A stretch of DNA of 64,000 bases from an uncultured Actinomycetota bacterium (lineage in GTDB: Bacteria > Actinomycetota > Actinomycetes > Propionibacteriales > Nocardioidaceae). Positions 19,883 to 32,385 of this stretch are shown here, in pieces. The notes below the pieces were generated by a model. It was not told where the DNA came from. It worked only from the letters and a program-made list of their open reading frames with translations, and did no database searches. The translations under genes were made by a program, and so were the position numbers. Where the stretch lies: positions 1,350-65,349 of the forward strand of contig CAWCGY010000038.1 in the NCBI GenBank assembly GCA_963795155.1, in the 5' to 3' direction. Within the stretch, counting starts at the first letter, position 1. Every line of letters begins with the position of its first letter.

Positions 19883-22108
19883 CTAACCGGCGCCGGAGAG
19901 CACCTCGCGCACGGCGTGGGCGGCCTCGGCGGCCCGCGTCTCGGACAACGCACCGGCCGCAGCCTCCTGGAGGTAGAAGACGTCGACCGCCTGGGGCCCG
20001 AGCGTGTCGACGTGCGCAGAGCGCACCGCCACGTCGAGGTCGGCCAGCGCGCGGCAGACGAGGTAGACCACACCCGGGCGGTCGGAGGCCCGCACCTCGA
20101 GCACGGTCGCCTGGTCGCTGGCCTCCGGGCGGACCACGACCGTCGGTGCCAACCCACCTGCTGGACGGCGGAGTCGGTCGTCCGCGTCGACGCGGCCCCC
20201 TGCGATGGCGTCGAACTTCGTGCGCAGGATCGCGGCGTCGAGATGCTCGTCGGCGACCTCCCAGACAGAGATGCCGTGCTCACCCTGCGACCAGACCCGC
20301 GCGGCCCGGATGGCGATCCGGTGCAGCGCGAACATCGCGGCGAAGTCGGCCAGCAGACCTATCCGGTCGTGCGCGATCGTGGTCACCCGGGAGCCATCGG
20401 GCGCCGGCTCGACGGAGATCGAGACCGAACCCGACCGGAGGTCGGCAGGGATCGAGATGTCGTCGGTGACCATCACAGGCAGCGAGGCGCCGCTGGCCAG
20501 GGATGCATGGGCGCGCCGGCCGAGGTCGCGGATCAACCCCGACCGCCACGACGACCAGGCCTTCGCAGAGGTGGCCTTCGCATCGGCCTCGGTGAGGGCG
20601 GCGAGCAGCGAAAGTGCCTCCGCGCTGCCTAGCTTCGAGGTGACGACGGCGACGGTTGCAGGGTCGTCGGGATCGCGGGTCGTTGCCGTCTCGGCGAGCA
20701 GCAGGTGCCAACGCACGAGCAACGCGATCAGCTCGACCGACTCTGCCTCGAAGCCCATCCGGGTGGCGATCTGATGGGCGACCGGCTCACCGGCGACGCT
20801 GTGCTCGGTCAGGCTGCCCTTGCCGATGTCGTGCAGCAGCGCGGCGACCATGAGCACGTCGGGGCGCGACACCTCACGGATCAGCGCCGAGGCCTCGATA
20901 CAGGTTTCCACGACGTGGCGGTCGACCGTGAACCTGTGGATCACCGATGCGTGCGGCAGCAGCCGGATCCGCTCCCACTCGGGCAGGAACCCGGGCAGAG
21001 CGCCCGTCTCCTCCAGGGTCTCCCAGACCCCGAGCAGACCGCGCCCGGAGGCCAGCAGCCGTACCAACAGCTGTCGGGCCTCGGCGGGCCAGGGGTCGGG
21101 CAGCGGGGCGCACTCGCGCACCAGCCGGGCGGCGGTCGGTGGCGCCAGGACCGCGTCGTGCTCGGCCGCCACCGTCGCGGCACGGAGGAGGAGCACGGGG
21201 TCCGCTGCCGGGCGAGCGTTCTTCTCGAGCACCACCTCACCACGGGCAAGCGCGACTCCCTGCGCCAAGGGCAGCAGCGAGGGTCGTCGGGCCGTCTTGA
21301 CCGACGTAGGTCGCGTGAGCACGTCCTCGACCCGGCGCCAGGTCAGGCGGGAAAGATGGGTGAGCCGCCGACCAAGCTCGCGTACGTGCACCTGGGCTGC
21401 GCGCTCCCCTGGCTCCCCCAGACCGGTCTCGAGCGCCGCGGCGAGCTCCGACCACATCTCCGGGGCGATCCGGTCGGTGGCCCGGCCGGCGATGCCGTGC
21501 ACCAGGTCGCGGACGTCGAGGAGTGACTGGCGGCAGCGCTCGAGATCGGCGTGCGGTACGTCGACGAGCCAGGTAGCCACCAGGGCCTTGAGCATGGTGG
21601 CATCGCGGAGCCCGCCTTCGGCCTCCTTGAGGTCCGGCACCGACAGGTGGGCCAGCTCTCCGATCAGGTCATGGCGCGACCGCACCATCTGGCGCAGCTC
21701 CGGCAACCGCTCCTTCGCGCCACGTCGCCAGTGCGTGAGCATCGTGGTGCGCAACCGGAGGGTCAGGTTCGGGTCACCCGCCAGGTGGCGGATGTCGAGC
21801 AGCCCGGAGGCGACCCGCAGGTCGTCGGCAGCAGTGACCATTTCCGGCAGCGTGCGCACCGAGTGGTCCAGCTGCGACCCAGAGTCCCAGATCGGGTACC
21901 AGACCTTTTCGGCCACCGCACCGAGGTCGACACCCTCATCGGAGACGAGCACCACGTCGAGGTCGGAGTACGGCGCCAGCTCTGCCCGGCCGTAGCCGCC
22001 GACCGCAACCAGGGCCGCGCCCACCTCGGGCCCGCCGCAGTCGTCGTACGCCGCAATGCAGAGCGCGTCGGCAGACTTGGTCCGCGCGGCGCGCTCGGCT
22101 GCGGTCAT
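19883..22108 (-). CDS. glnD: PII nucleotidyltransferase GlnD
   Basis: AVGGYGR..L.PYSDLD NTase motif, LLHDIGK HD motif, two ACT domains. Confidence 0.95.
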   Translation of the reverse strand: MTAAERAARTKSADALCIAAYDDCGGPEVGAALVAVGGYGRAELAPYSDLDVVLVSDEGVDLGAVAEKVWYPIWDSGSQLDHSVRTLPEMVTAADDLRVASGLLDIRHLAGDPNLTLRLRTTMLTHWRRGAKERLPELRQMVRSRHDLIGELAHLSVPDLKEAEGGLRDATMLKALVATWLVDVPHADLERCRQSLLDVRDLVHGIAGRATDRIAPEMWSELAAALETGLGEPGERAAQVHVRELGRRLTHLSRLTWRRVEDVLTRPTSVKTARRPSLLPLAQGVALARGEVVLEKNARPAADPVLLLRAATVAAEHDAVLAPPTAARLVRECAPLPDPWPAEARQLLVRLLASGRGLLGVWETLEETGALPGFLPEWERIRLLPHASVIHRFTVDRHVVETCIEASALIREVSRPDVLMVAALLHDIGKGSLTEHSVAGEPVAHQIATRMGFEAESVELIALLVRWHLLLAETATTRDPDDPATVAVVTSKLGSAEALSLLAALTEADAKATSAKAWSSWRSGLIRDLGRRAHASLASGASLPVMVTDDISIPADLRSGSVSISVEPAPDGSRVTTIAHDRIGLLADFAAMFALHRIAIRAARVWSQGEHGISVWEVADEHLDAAILRTKFDAIAGGRVDADDRLRRPAGGLAPTVVVRPEASDQATVLEVRASDRPGVVYLVCRALADLDVAVRSAHVDTLGPQAVDVFYLQEAAAGALSETRAAEAAHAVREVLSGAG

Positions 22109-22126
22109 CGGCCAGTAACCGGTAGG

Positions 22127-23841
<1,715 letters not shown>

Positions 23842-23865
23842 GGACGACCACCCTTCAAGTCTTTT

Positions 23866-23881
23866 GTTTCAGACGTGTTAA
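23866..23881 (-). promoter_or_regulatory. Putative GlnR box
   Basis: Minus strand TTAAC-acgtct-GAAAC resembles gTnAc-n6-GaAAc, about 25 nt upstream of the second amtB. Confidence 0.6.
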
Positions 23882-23923
23882 CGGCCCGGCTGCCGAACAG
23901 ATGATGGTGACAGCCGGGCCGTT
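23880..23923 (-). terminator. 13-bp perfect inverted repeat after the first glnK
   Basis: aacggcccggctg (23880-23892) and cagccgggccgtt (23911-23923). Confidence 0.6.
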
Positions 23924-23929
23924 TCACAC

Positions 23930-24268
23930 TCAGAGGGCCGCTTCGTCCTTGTCGCCTGTACGCACCCGGATGACGGTCTCGATCGGGCTGAGCCAGACCT
24001 TTCCGTCACCGATCCGGCCGGTCTGCGCGGTCTTGACGATGATGCCGATGATGTCCTCGGCGTCCCCGTCGTCGATCACGATCTCGATCCGGATCTTGGG
24101 CACCAGGGCGATGTCGTACTCGGCGCCCCGGTAGACCTCCGTGTGACCCTTCTGGCGCCCGTAACCGCTGACCTCGCTGACCGTCATGCCGGTCACACCG
24201 AAGGTCTCGAGGGCCTCGCGGACGTCCTCCCACTTGTGCGGCTTGATCACCGCAGTCACGAGCTTCAT
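23930..24268 (-). CDS. glnK: PII nitrogen regulatory protein (copy 1)
   Basis: MKLVTAVIKPHK...YRGAEY...[11 protein letters not shown]. Confidence 0.95.
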   Translation of the reverse strand: MKLVTAVIKPHKWEDVREALETFGVTGMTVSEVSGYGRQKGHTEVYRGAEYDIALVPKIRIEIVIDDGDAEDIIGIIVKTAQTGRIGDGKVWLSPIETVIRVRTGDKDEAAL

Positions 24269-25557
24269 ACCTGTGCTCCTTCCGTGACGGGAGCCGACTT
24301 CGCAGCGAGCACGCTGCCGCCGCCGCCCCCGCTGGTGTGGATGTCGTACGCCGACTCGCCGTGGGCGACGAAGTCGATGCCCTCGACCTCGTCCTCCTCC
24401 TTGAGCCGGAGACCGATCGTGTACTTGATGGCCAGGCCGATGATCAGCGTGATCACCCCGGAGTAGACGATGGCGATCAGCGCACCGAGCGACTGGTCGC
24501 CCAGCGAGCCGGCACCGCCGCCGTAGAACAAGCCGTCGATGCCGCCGGCGCCCTCGGAGGTGGAGAAGACGCCGATCAGGACGGTGCCGATGATGCCGCC
24601 GACCAGGTGGACACCGACGACGTCGAGCGAGTCGTCGTAGCCCAGCTTGTACTTCAGGCCCACCGCCCAGGCGCACACGCCACCAGCGATGGCGCCGATC
24701 GCCACCGCTCCCCCGATGTCGACCGCACCGGCCGCCGGGGTGATGGCGACCAGACCCGCCACGATGCCGGAGGCGGCGCCCAGCGAGGTGGCCTTCTTGT
24801 GCAGGAGGTACTCGATCAGCAGCCAGCCGAGAATGGCGGCCATGGCAGCGAGCGTGGTGTTGGCGAAGGTGCGGCCGGTCTCCAGCGGGAACTGCGTCTC
24901 GGGGTCGTCGCCGAAGACGATCGAACCGACGTTGAAGCCGTACCAGCCGAGCCACAGCAGACCGGCGCCGAGCATGGTCAGCGTGAGGTTGTGCGGCCGG
25001 ATGGCCTCCTTGCCGAAGCCGATGCGCTTGCCGAGCAAGATGACCAGCACCAAGGCGGCCATGCCCGCGTTGATGTGCACCGCGGTGCCGCCGGCGTAGT
25101 CCTGCGCGCCGACGCGTCCGCAGATGAGCGAGTCCTCAGTGCAGCTGAAGACCATGTGAGCGAGCGGGAAGTAGACCAGCAGTGACCACAACGGCACGAA
25201 GACGATCCAGGCCGAGAACTTCATCCGGTCCGCGACCGCGCCGCTGATGAGTGCGGCGGTGATGATCGCGAACGTCATCTGGAACATCACGAAGATGTAG
25301 CCGTCGGTGGTGACACCGTCGAGCCAGAGGAGCTCGAACGGGTTGGCGAAGAACGTGCCCTCGCCGCCGAAGCCCATCGACCAGCCGACCGCGACGTACA
25401 GGATGCCGACGATCGCGGCAGCGATGTACGACATCATCATCATGTTGAGCACCGACTTCGACCGCGACATGCCGCCGTAGAAGAGCGCGAGTGCGGGCAC
25501 GGTCATCATCAGGACCAGGGCCGTCGCGATGAGCATGAAGGCGTAATAGCCGTCCAC
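24265..25557 (-). CDS. amtB: Ammonium transporter (canonical twin-His)
   Basis: [23 protein letters not shown]. Confidence 0.95.
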   Translation of the reverse strand: MDGYYAFMLIATALVLMMTVPALALFYGGMSRSKSVLNMMMMSYIAAAIVGILYVAVGWSMGFGGEGTFFANPFELLWLDGVTTDGYIFVMFQMTFAIITAALISGAVADRMKFSAWIVFVPLWSLLVYFPLAHMVFSCTEDSLICGRVGAQDYAGGTAVHINAGMAALVLVILLGKRIGFGKEAIRPHNLTLTMLGAGLLWLGWYGFNVGSIVFGDDPETQFPLETGRTFANTTLAAMAAILGWLLIEYLLHKKATSLGAASGIVAGLVAITPAAGAVDIGGAVAIGAIAGGVCAWAVGLKYKLGYDDSLDVVGVHLVGGIIGTVLIGVFSTSEGAGGIDGLFYGGGAGSLGDQSLGALIAIVYSGVITLIIGLAIKYTIGLRLKEEDEVEGIDFVAHGESAYDIHTSGGGGGSVLAAKSAPVTEGAQV

Positions 25558-25704
25558 AGAACCTCCATGGAGTTCGATCTCGGGGGCGGAAGGCGCTGGA
25601 CGTCGATGTCGAGGCTCTCCACCCGGAATGCAGGAAGCCTCTGGGCTCGAGGTTTCACTGCTGACAGCCCCGTGTTGCGGGCAGGAAACGAGTTCCGCGC
25701 GGGT

Positions 25705-25720
25705 GTTACTTCCGTGTTAC
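25705..25720 (-). promoter_or_regulatory. Putative GlnR box
   Basis: Minus strand GTAAC-acggaa-GTAAC upstream of the first amtB; an additional GAAAC at 25652-25656. Confidence 0.6.
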
Positions 25721-25776
25721 GCCCGCCTGACCGCGAGTGGGAGTCCCGCGCTGACTCTTGGCTAGAGTCTCGATCC

Positions 25777-26715
25777 GTGACCCGACTGGCCGTGATGGCG
25801 CACTACGACCCGCGCGGCGAGGTGGCCCCCCACGTACGCCGGCAGGTCGAGGCGCTCGCGGAGGCCGTCGAGGACTTGGTCATCGTCTCCACCGCCGAGC
25901 TGACCGACGCCTCACGGATCTGGCTCGAGAAGCACGGGCGCGTGCTGCACCGCGCCAACTACGGCTACGACTTCTTCAGCTACAAGACCGGCCTGGAGTC
26001 AGCGCCGCTCGGCGGCTACGACGAGGTGGTGGTCTGCAACGACACCTACGTCGGACCCCTGGTGGGTTACCGCAACGTCTTCGAGGCGATGGCGGCCAAG
26101 CCCGCCGACTTCTGGGGCCTGACGGCCTCGCACCGGGTGCACCCGCACGTGCAGAGCTTCTTCGTGGCGTTTCGGCCGTGGCTGGTGGAGTCGCAGACGT
26201 TCGCGAAGTTCTGGCACGACATGTCCCCAGTCTCCGACCGTGCCAAGGTGATCAGCCAGTACGAGGTCGGGCTGACCAAGGCGATGACCACTGGAGGCTT
26301 CACCTGGTCGGCGTACTTCTCGGAGACCGAGCGCGACCGCACCCTGGCTCAACGCCGGGTCGCCTGGTGGTCCTTCCACCGACTGCCGCCGCCCCGCAGC
26401 CGCAGGGACTGGGACTGGCTGAAGCAGAAGGCCAAGGATCCCTGGAACCCTGCGATCGGCCTCGCGGACGCGGCGCTCGACGGCGGTCGGCTCCCCTACG
26501 TCAAGATCGACACCTTGCGCTACGACCCGTACGGACTGGGGGCCGACAAGCTGCTGGGACTGTGCGAGAGGGCTCACCCCGATGCCTTCGACGGCGTCCG
26601 CCACTACCTCGAGTCGACCGCCGAGCTCTATCCCGTCCGCCCCGACGCGCAGCTGCGACCTACGCCGGTGGCGATGCGGCCGCTACGCCGACTGGTGGAG
26701 TATCGCCGTGGCTGA
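25777..26715 (+). CDS. Rhamnan synthesis F (RgpF)-like protein
   Basis: AHYD, RANYGYDF, CNDTYVGP, DFWGLT, HVQSFF, YEVGLT. Confidence 0.85.
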   Translation: MTRLAVMAHYDPRGEVAPHVRRQVEALAEAVEDLVIVSTAELTDASRIWLEKHGRVLHRANYGYDFFSYKTGLESAPLGGYDEVVVCNDTYVGPLVGYRNVFEAMAAKPADFWGLTASHRVHPHVQSFFVAFRPWLVESQTFAKFWHDMSPVSDRAKVISQYEVGLTKAMTTGGFTWSAYFSETERDRTLAQRRVAWWSFHRLPPPRSRRDWDWLKQKAKDPWNPAIGLADAALDGGRLPYVKIDTLRYDPYGLGADKLLGLCERAHPDAFDGVRHYLESTAELYPVRPDAQLRPTPVAMRPLRRLVEYRRG

Positions 26716-29700
26716 GCTCGGCGGGGCGGCCCGACGCGCCGCAGGGAAGGCTGCCCGGAAGGTCGGCCTGCGCGGCGCGACGCCGGCCCCGGCCGCTGGC
26801 GCTGGCGCTGGCTGGCAACCTGACCGCTCGCGGCCGCAAGGTGCTGTTGGAGACGGTGCTGTTCGACCAGGCCTGGGTTGAGCTGCAGCTGGGCCGGTCG
26901 TTCGGCTCGGTGGGCGAAGCCGCCGACGCATTCCTGTCCACGCCGGGCACCTCACCGCATCCGTTGTTCTTCGCCGAGTACCTCGACCCGAGGTTCGGGC
27001 GTCCGCCGCGCGGTCGCAACCCGCTCCTCTGGTACCTCAACCACGCCTGGGTCCGCCAGAAGGCCTCCCCCCACCCGCTCGTCGACCTGGAGGCGATGGT
27101 CGCCGCCCATCCTGAGCTCGACGACTCCAAGCTCGGCCCCCTTGTGGGGTGGCTGGAGACAGCCACCTCCGACTCCGTGCTGCCCTCTGCGCCCGGCGCG
27201 CCGACCCTGACCCTGGGCGAGGTGTCCGCGGCGAGCGCCGCGGCGGTGAAGCGCTGGCGCAAGGAGATGGGCTGGCGGCAGGCGCCGCGGACCACACCCG
27301 ACCGTCCTGATCGTCTGCTGAGCGCCACCGGTCCCGCTCTGAGCGGAACCGAGGGACAGCCGCTGGTCAGCATCGTGATGCCGCTGTGGAACCGAGCCAC
27401 CGTGGTTCGGGCCGCCGTGGAGTCCGTGCAGGGGCAGAGCCACCGCGACTGGGAGCTGATCGTCGTCGACGACGGCTCGACCGACGACTCGCTGGCCGTG
27501 CTGACCGGCGTGGCGGCCTTCGACGAGCGGATCGTCGTGGTCGAGGGCGAGCATCGCGGCGTCTCCGCCGCCCGCAACAGGGGCCTGGCTCGTGCCCGCG
27601 GCCGCTACGTCGCCTTCCTCGACACCGACAACCAGTGGCGACCCGACTACCTCCAGGTGATGCTCACCGAGCTCGAGGCGCATCCCGACTGGGGCATGGC
27701 CCATGCCGCCCTTCGGGCCAGCAAGGACGGCGATGAGTACTTCCGCGCCTTCGAGGGCAACCATCAGCACCTGCTCGTCGCCAACCACGTCGACCTCAAC
27801 GTGCTGGTGGTGCGCCGCGAGCTCGTGGAGGCCGTGGGGGGCTTCGACGAGAGCCTGCGCCGCGGTGTCGACTACGACCTGATCCTCAAGCTCGCCAGCA
27901 CCACCGACCTCCACCTGGTGCGCTACATCGGGGTCGACTACGTCGACGACGAAGCCGACGACGCCGGCCCTCGGATCAGCACCCAGGAATCGCCGGCCTG
28001 GCTCTCCGTCATCGCGTCGCGTCACCTCGTTGACTGGCCGGACGCGGTGGCCGCCGACCGGGTCCCGGGGCGGACGAGTGTGGTGGTGCCGGCGTTGGGC
28101 GCGGTCCGCCCGACCGCGCGCTGGATCCGCAGCGTCGCCGACGCGGTGGCCGCGACCCCGAGCGTCGACGTCGAGCTGGTCGTGGTCGGCGTCCGTCTCC
28201 CGCGCTGGCAGCACGTGGTGCTCTCGGTGCTCACCACTGCCTCTCCTGGATCGACGTTGGTCACCATCCAGGCCGACCGCGGGATGGCCACGACCGCCAA
28301 CGTGGGGTTCGCCGCCACCACCGGCGAGCGAGTGGTCCTCGTGCTGGGACAGGTCGAGCCCGACACCGCCGCTGCCGTCGCGCTTGCGGACACGCTCGCC
28401 GACCCAGCCCAGGCGGTCGCCCAGCCCCTGGTGCTCGATCCAACTGGATCGGTGCTGGCCGCCGGCGCCGTCTTCGACTCCGACACGGTTCACCCCGAGA
28501 CCTTCCTGCGCGATCACGCGGTCGATGACGCGAGCGGCTGCGTCGGACTGGCCCTGCCCGCGGCGGCGGGACCGGTGCTGGCGATCCGTGGTGACCACCT
28601 GGCCGCACTGACGGGCCTCGACCCGCTGTGCGAGGGCTTTGCGGTGACCGACCTGTCGTTGAGAGCGCACCGTGACGGCCTCGGCGGGACGGTGCTCCAC
28701 CCCGAAGCCAGGTTCACCTCGAAAGGCGACCACCTCCCGGCCGACGCCGACATCGTTGCCGCGGCGCGGGTCCTCGACGGCCGTCACGACGGCGTGCCTC
28801 CTGGCTCGGCGGATGCCTGGGCGGCCGCCGGGTTCGACGTCAGCCACCATCGCTACGACGTGCTGCCCGGCCAACCGGTCGGCCCGGACGACCACCCGGT
28901 CCTGGCTCCACGTGCGGTGCTTCGACCGCGTCGTGCGCTGGTGGAGCCCGTCGGTGGAGGGCATCACCGAACCGGCTCCCCAGCTGCGCTGGGCGATCGA
29001 CCTGGCCTCACCGGTCGGTGAGGCGGGCCGCGCGTGGGGCGACACTCACTTCGGCGCGGCGCTGGCCGACGCGCTGCGCCGCCGCGGTCAGCACGTCGCC
29101 GTCGATGCCCGCGAGACCCGGCATCGCGCCAGCCGTGACTACGACGACGTCATCCTGGTGCTGCGGGGCCTCGACCGAGCCTCGCCCCGACCCGGCTGCG
29201 TCAACCTCGAGTGGATCATCAGCCACCCCGATCTGGTCACGGCCGATGAGGTGGCGGGGTTCGACCAGGTCTTCGCGGCCAGCCACAGCTGGTCCGAGCG
29301 CGTCACCGCCGAGTGGGGCTGCCGCGTCATCCCCCTGTTGCAGGCGACCGACCCGACCCTGTTCCACCCTCGGCGCGCAGAGTTCGACTCCGGAGCCGAC
29401 GTGCTGTTCGTGGGCAACTCCCGTGGCGTCTTCCGCAGCTCGTTGCGCCACGCCAAGGCCGCTGGCGTCGACGTCACGGTGCACGGGGCCGGGTGGAGCA
29501 GCATGATCGGCGCCGACGCTGTTGCCTCCCGTCTGGTCGACAACCGTGACCTGGGTGCTTTGTACGCCGCCGCCGGACTGGTCCTCAACGATCACTGGGA
29601 GGACATGCGGCTCACGGGCTTCGTCTCCAACCGACTGATGGACGCCGCCGCCAGCGGAGCACGCGTGGCCAGCGACGAGATCCCGGGTCTGGACCTGAGC

Positions 29701-29892
29701 GCAGTGTTCGGCGGTCTGGTGCAGACCTGGAGCGACGAGCACGACCTTGCGCGGATCGTCCGTGACCGTGACTCGCTGTTCCCGACCGGCGTCGACCGCG
29801 TGCGCGCCGCCGAGCGGGTCGCGGCCGAGCATTCCTTCGACGCCCGTGCCGAGGTGCTGCTCGATCACGCCGTACGGTTGGCCCGGCTCTAG
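26708..29892 (+). CDS. Large multidomain glycosyltransferase (GT2, degenerate GT2-like, CgeB/Glyco_trans_1_2-like) with two +1 frameshifts (~26795-26816 and ~28947-28949)
   Basis: VSIVMP, VVDDGSTD, AFLDTD; C-terminal WGDTHF..., LNDHWEDM, VSNRLMDA; GTG start overlaps the RgpF stop. Confidence 0.8.
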
Positions 29893-29931
29893 CCCAGCAC
29901 TCGACAGCAACCCAGAAGGACGACGACCCCG

Positions 29932-30975
29932 ATGCCCGACACCCGCCCCGACGGACCGCTCAACCGTCGTCAGCACCGCCTCTGGGAGCTGCACGACTTC
30001 AGCCTGGGCCGGGGTCTGGAGATCGGGCCTCTGCACAACACGTCGGTCCGCCGCGAGCACGCCGACGTGAAGTACCTCGACGTCTTCGACCGCGACCTGC
30101 TGGTGAAGAACTACGAGACACACCCGCAGGTGCTCCCTGAGAAGATCCCCGAGATCGACTTCGCGCTCTTCGACGGCGAGCGAGTGCGCTCGATCCCCGA
30201 GACCATCGGCGACGAGCCGGCGTTCGACTGGGTGATGGCCTCCCACGTGCTCGAGCACGTGCCCGACGTGATCGGCTGGCTCAAGGACATCGCGGAGGTG
30301 ACCGTCGACGGTGGTCGCCTCGTGCTGGTGGTGCCCGATCGTCGCTACTGCTTCGACGTGCACCGGCCAGGCACCACGGTGGGTCAGATGCTGCAGGCGC
30401 ACGAGCTCGGCGAGACGGTGCCGTCCGTCCGGGCGGTCTACGACTACAAACGTGGCCACGCCTACACCAAGGCGCCGGACGTCTGGCGCGGACAGCCGCC
30501 CGGTTACGAGACCCGTATCCACGATCTCGAAACGGTGCTCGCGGAGGTCGACAAGGCCCGCGCCGGCGAATACATCGACGCGCACGTCTGGCCGTTGACT
30601 CCCGGTGCCTTGCTCGAGCAGCTGATCGAGCTGAGGGAGATCGGCATGAGCGAGTGGATGGTGCAGTCCTACACCGTCACCAAGCGGGAGGAGAACGAGT
30701 TCTTCATGGTGCTCCGCAGGCTGCCCCGCGATGGCGACTGGCCCGAGGAGCTGCTGGCCGAGGAGCCGAAGCCTGAGCACGCGATGCCCGACTGGCTGGT
30801 CGAGTGGGTCGAGCTGCGGCGGAAGAAGACCGAGCTGCAGGACCGCCTCAAGCGCCGCAAGCAGCAGGTGACGAACCTCGAGGCGGAGGTGGCGCGGCTA
30901 CGCCGAGAGCTCGCCTCGGCGGGGGCTTCCCCGCGTTGGCGACGCGCTGTCCGCCGTGTGCTCCGTCGCGGCTGA
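29932..30975 (+). CDS. SAM-dependent methyltransferase with C-terminal coiled coil
   Basis: GLEIGP, SHVLEHVPD, LVVPDRRYCFD; heptad-rich tail ending SPRWRRAVRRVLRRG. Confidence 0.85.
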   Translation: MPDTRPDGPLNRRQHRLWELHDFSLGRGLEIGPLHNTSVRREHADVKYLDVFDRDLLVKNYETHPQVLPEKIPEIDFALFDGERVRSIPETIGDEPAFDWVMASHVLEHVPDVIGWLKDIAEVTVDGGRLVLVVPDRRYCFDVHRPGTTVGQMLQAHELGETVPSVRAVYDYKRGHAYTKAPDVWRGQPPGYETRIHDLETVLAEVDKARAGEYIDAHVWPLTPGALLEQLIELREIGMSEWMVQSYTVTKREENEFFMVLRRLPRDGDWPEELLAEEPKPEHAMPDWLVEWVELRRKKTELQDRLKRRKQQVTNLEAEVARLRRELASAGASPRWRRAVRRVLRRG

Positions 30976-30979
30976 GCCC

Positions 30980-32101
30980 TCAGCCCAGGAGAGCGTCGAC
31001 GAACGCAGCGGGCGTGAACGGTGCGAGGTCGTCCGGCCCCTCACCCAGCCCGACCAGCTTGACCGGCACGCCGAGCTCGCGCTGCACGGCGATGACGATG
31101 CCGCCCTTCGCTGAGCCATCGAGCTTGGTCAGCACGATCCCGGTGACGTCGACGACCTCGCTGAAGACGCGTGCCTGGATCATGCCGTTCTGGCCGGTCG
31201 TCGCATCGAGGACGAGCAGGACCTCGGTGACTGGCGCCTGCTTCTCGATCACGCGCTTGACCTTGCCCAGCTCATCCATCAGACCCTGCTTGTTCTGCAG
31301 CCGGCCGGCGGTGTCGATGATCACCGTGTCGATGCCGGCCTCGATACCTCCCCTGACCGCCTCGAACGCGACGCTGGCCGGGTCGGTGCCCTCGGGGCCA
31401 CGGATGACCTCGACCCCGACCCGATCGCCCCACGTCGCCAGCTGCTCGACCGCAGCCGCGCGGAACGTGTCGGCCGCACCCAGGGTGACCGTGCGGTCCT
31501 CGGCCACCAGGATGCGGGCAATCTTGCCGACCGTGGTCGTCTTGCCGGCGCCGTTGACGCCCACCACGAGGACCACGCCGGGGGCGCCGTCCGCTCCGGC
31601 GACCTGGAGACGACGGTCCATTCCTGCATCGACGAGGTCGATCAGCTCCTCACGCAACACGCTCTTGGGGTCGGAGGTGTCACCGCCCTCGACCCGGAGC
31701 CGGGTGCGCAGGCGGTCGATCAGCTCCTGGGTGGCGCCGACGCCCACGTCGGCGGAGAGGAGGGCGTCCTCGATGGACTCCCACGTGTCCTCGTCTAGCC
31801 GATCGCGGCTGAGCAGGGCCAGCAGGCCGTGCCCGAACCCACCCTGCGCACCAGCCAACCGCTTGCGCAGCCGGACGAGCCGGGAAGCGGTGCTCTCCGG
31901 TTGCTCCCGAGTGAGCGGCTCCTGAGGCGCGGCCTCGGTCGGAGGTGCCATGACATCGGTGCCCGCAGCCGACACCCGTGGCGCCGCGTCTCGGGTGTCC
32001 CCGCGCGCGCGCTGGCGGGTCGTGACGAGTCCGACAACGACGGCGAGGCCGAGCACGGCAACGACGGCGATGCCGATGATCAGGTAGAGCCAGTCACCCA
32101 T
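30980..32101 (-). CDS. ftsY: SRP receptor FtsY
   Basis: GVNGAGKTT, DTAGRLQ, TKLDGSAKGG; N-terminal TM helix. Confidence 0.96.
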   Translation of the reverse strand: MGDWLYLIIGIAVVAVLGLAVVVGLVTTRQRARGDTRDAAPRVSAAGTDVMAPPTEAAPQEPLTREQPESTASRLVRLRKRLAGAQGGFGHGLLALLSRDRLDEDTWESIEDALLSADVGVGATQELIDRLRTRLRVEGGDTSDPKSVLREELIDLVDAGMDRRLQVAGADGAPGVVLVVGVNGAGKTTTVGKIARILVAEDRTVTLGAADTFRAAAVEQLATWGDRVGVEVIRGPEGTDPASVAFEAVRGGIEAGIDTVIIDTAGRLQNKQGLMDELGKVKRVIEKQAPVTEVLLVLDATTGQNGMIQARVFSEVVDVTGIVLTKLDGSAKGGIVIAVQRELGVPVKLVGLGEGPDDLAPFTPAAFVDALLG

Positions 32102-32122
32102 GGCGCAATCCAAGCAGGTGGG

Positions 32123-32311
32123 TCACGGTCGGTCGGCAAAGGCCGCCCGGTCCGCACTTTCCTCTTCCAGGACGGGCAGGGCATCGGCAGCCCGCGACAT
32201 GGCATTCCCGAGCCAGGGGGCTCCGGGAAGTTCCTCTCCTCGGTGCGGAAAGGCGACGAAGACGGCGATCACCCCGCACAGGGCGAGGATGAGGACCATC
32301 GAGACAAGCAT
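32123..32311 (-). CDS. Small hypothetical membrane protein
   Basis: Hydrophobic N-terminus followed by VAFPHRGEELP. Confidence 0.55.
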   Translation of the reverse strand: MLVSMVLILALCGVIAVFVAFPHRGEELPGAPWLGNAMSRAADALPVLEEESADRAAFADRP

Positions 32312-32385
32312 GAACACAACGACAGAGACCTCCGAGTTGGTGTGGGTCGCGGTGGCTTCAACGTGTCACAGCGGTCAGCGACTCG

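Noticed and set aside
17817-19886. 689-aa plus-strand ORF and many other long antisense ORFs (e.g. 41726-44101, 26952-29045, 56781-58157)
   Set aside because: They mirror well-supported genes on the opposite strand; long shadow ORFs are expected in high-GC DNA and these show no motifs.
25758-29021. 1087-aa ORF taken at face value
   Set aside because: Its first ~350 aa are an off-frame shadow of the RgpF-like gene; the real gene probably starts at 26708 and extends to 29892 through frameshifts.
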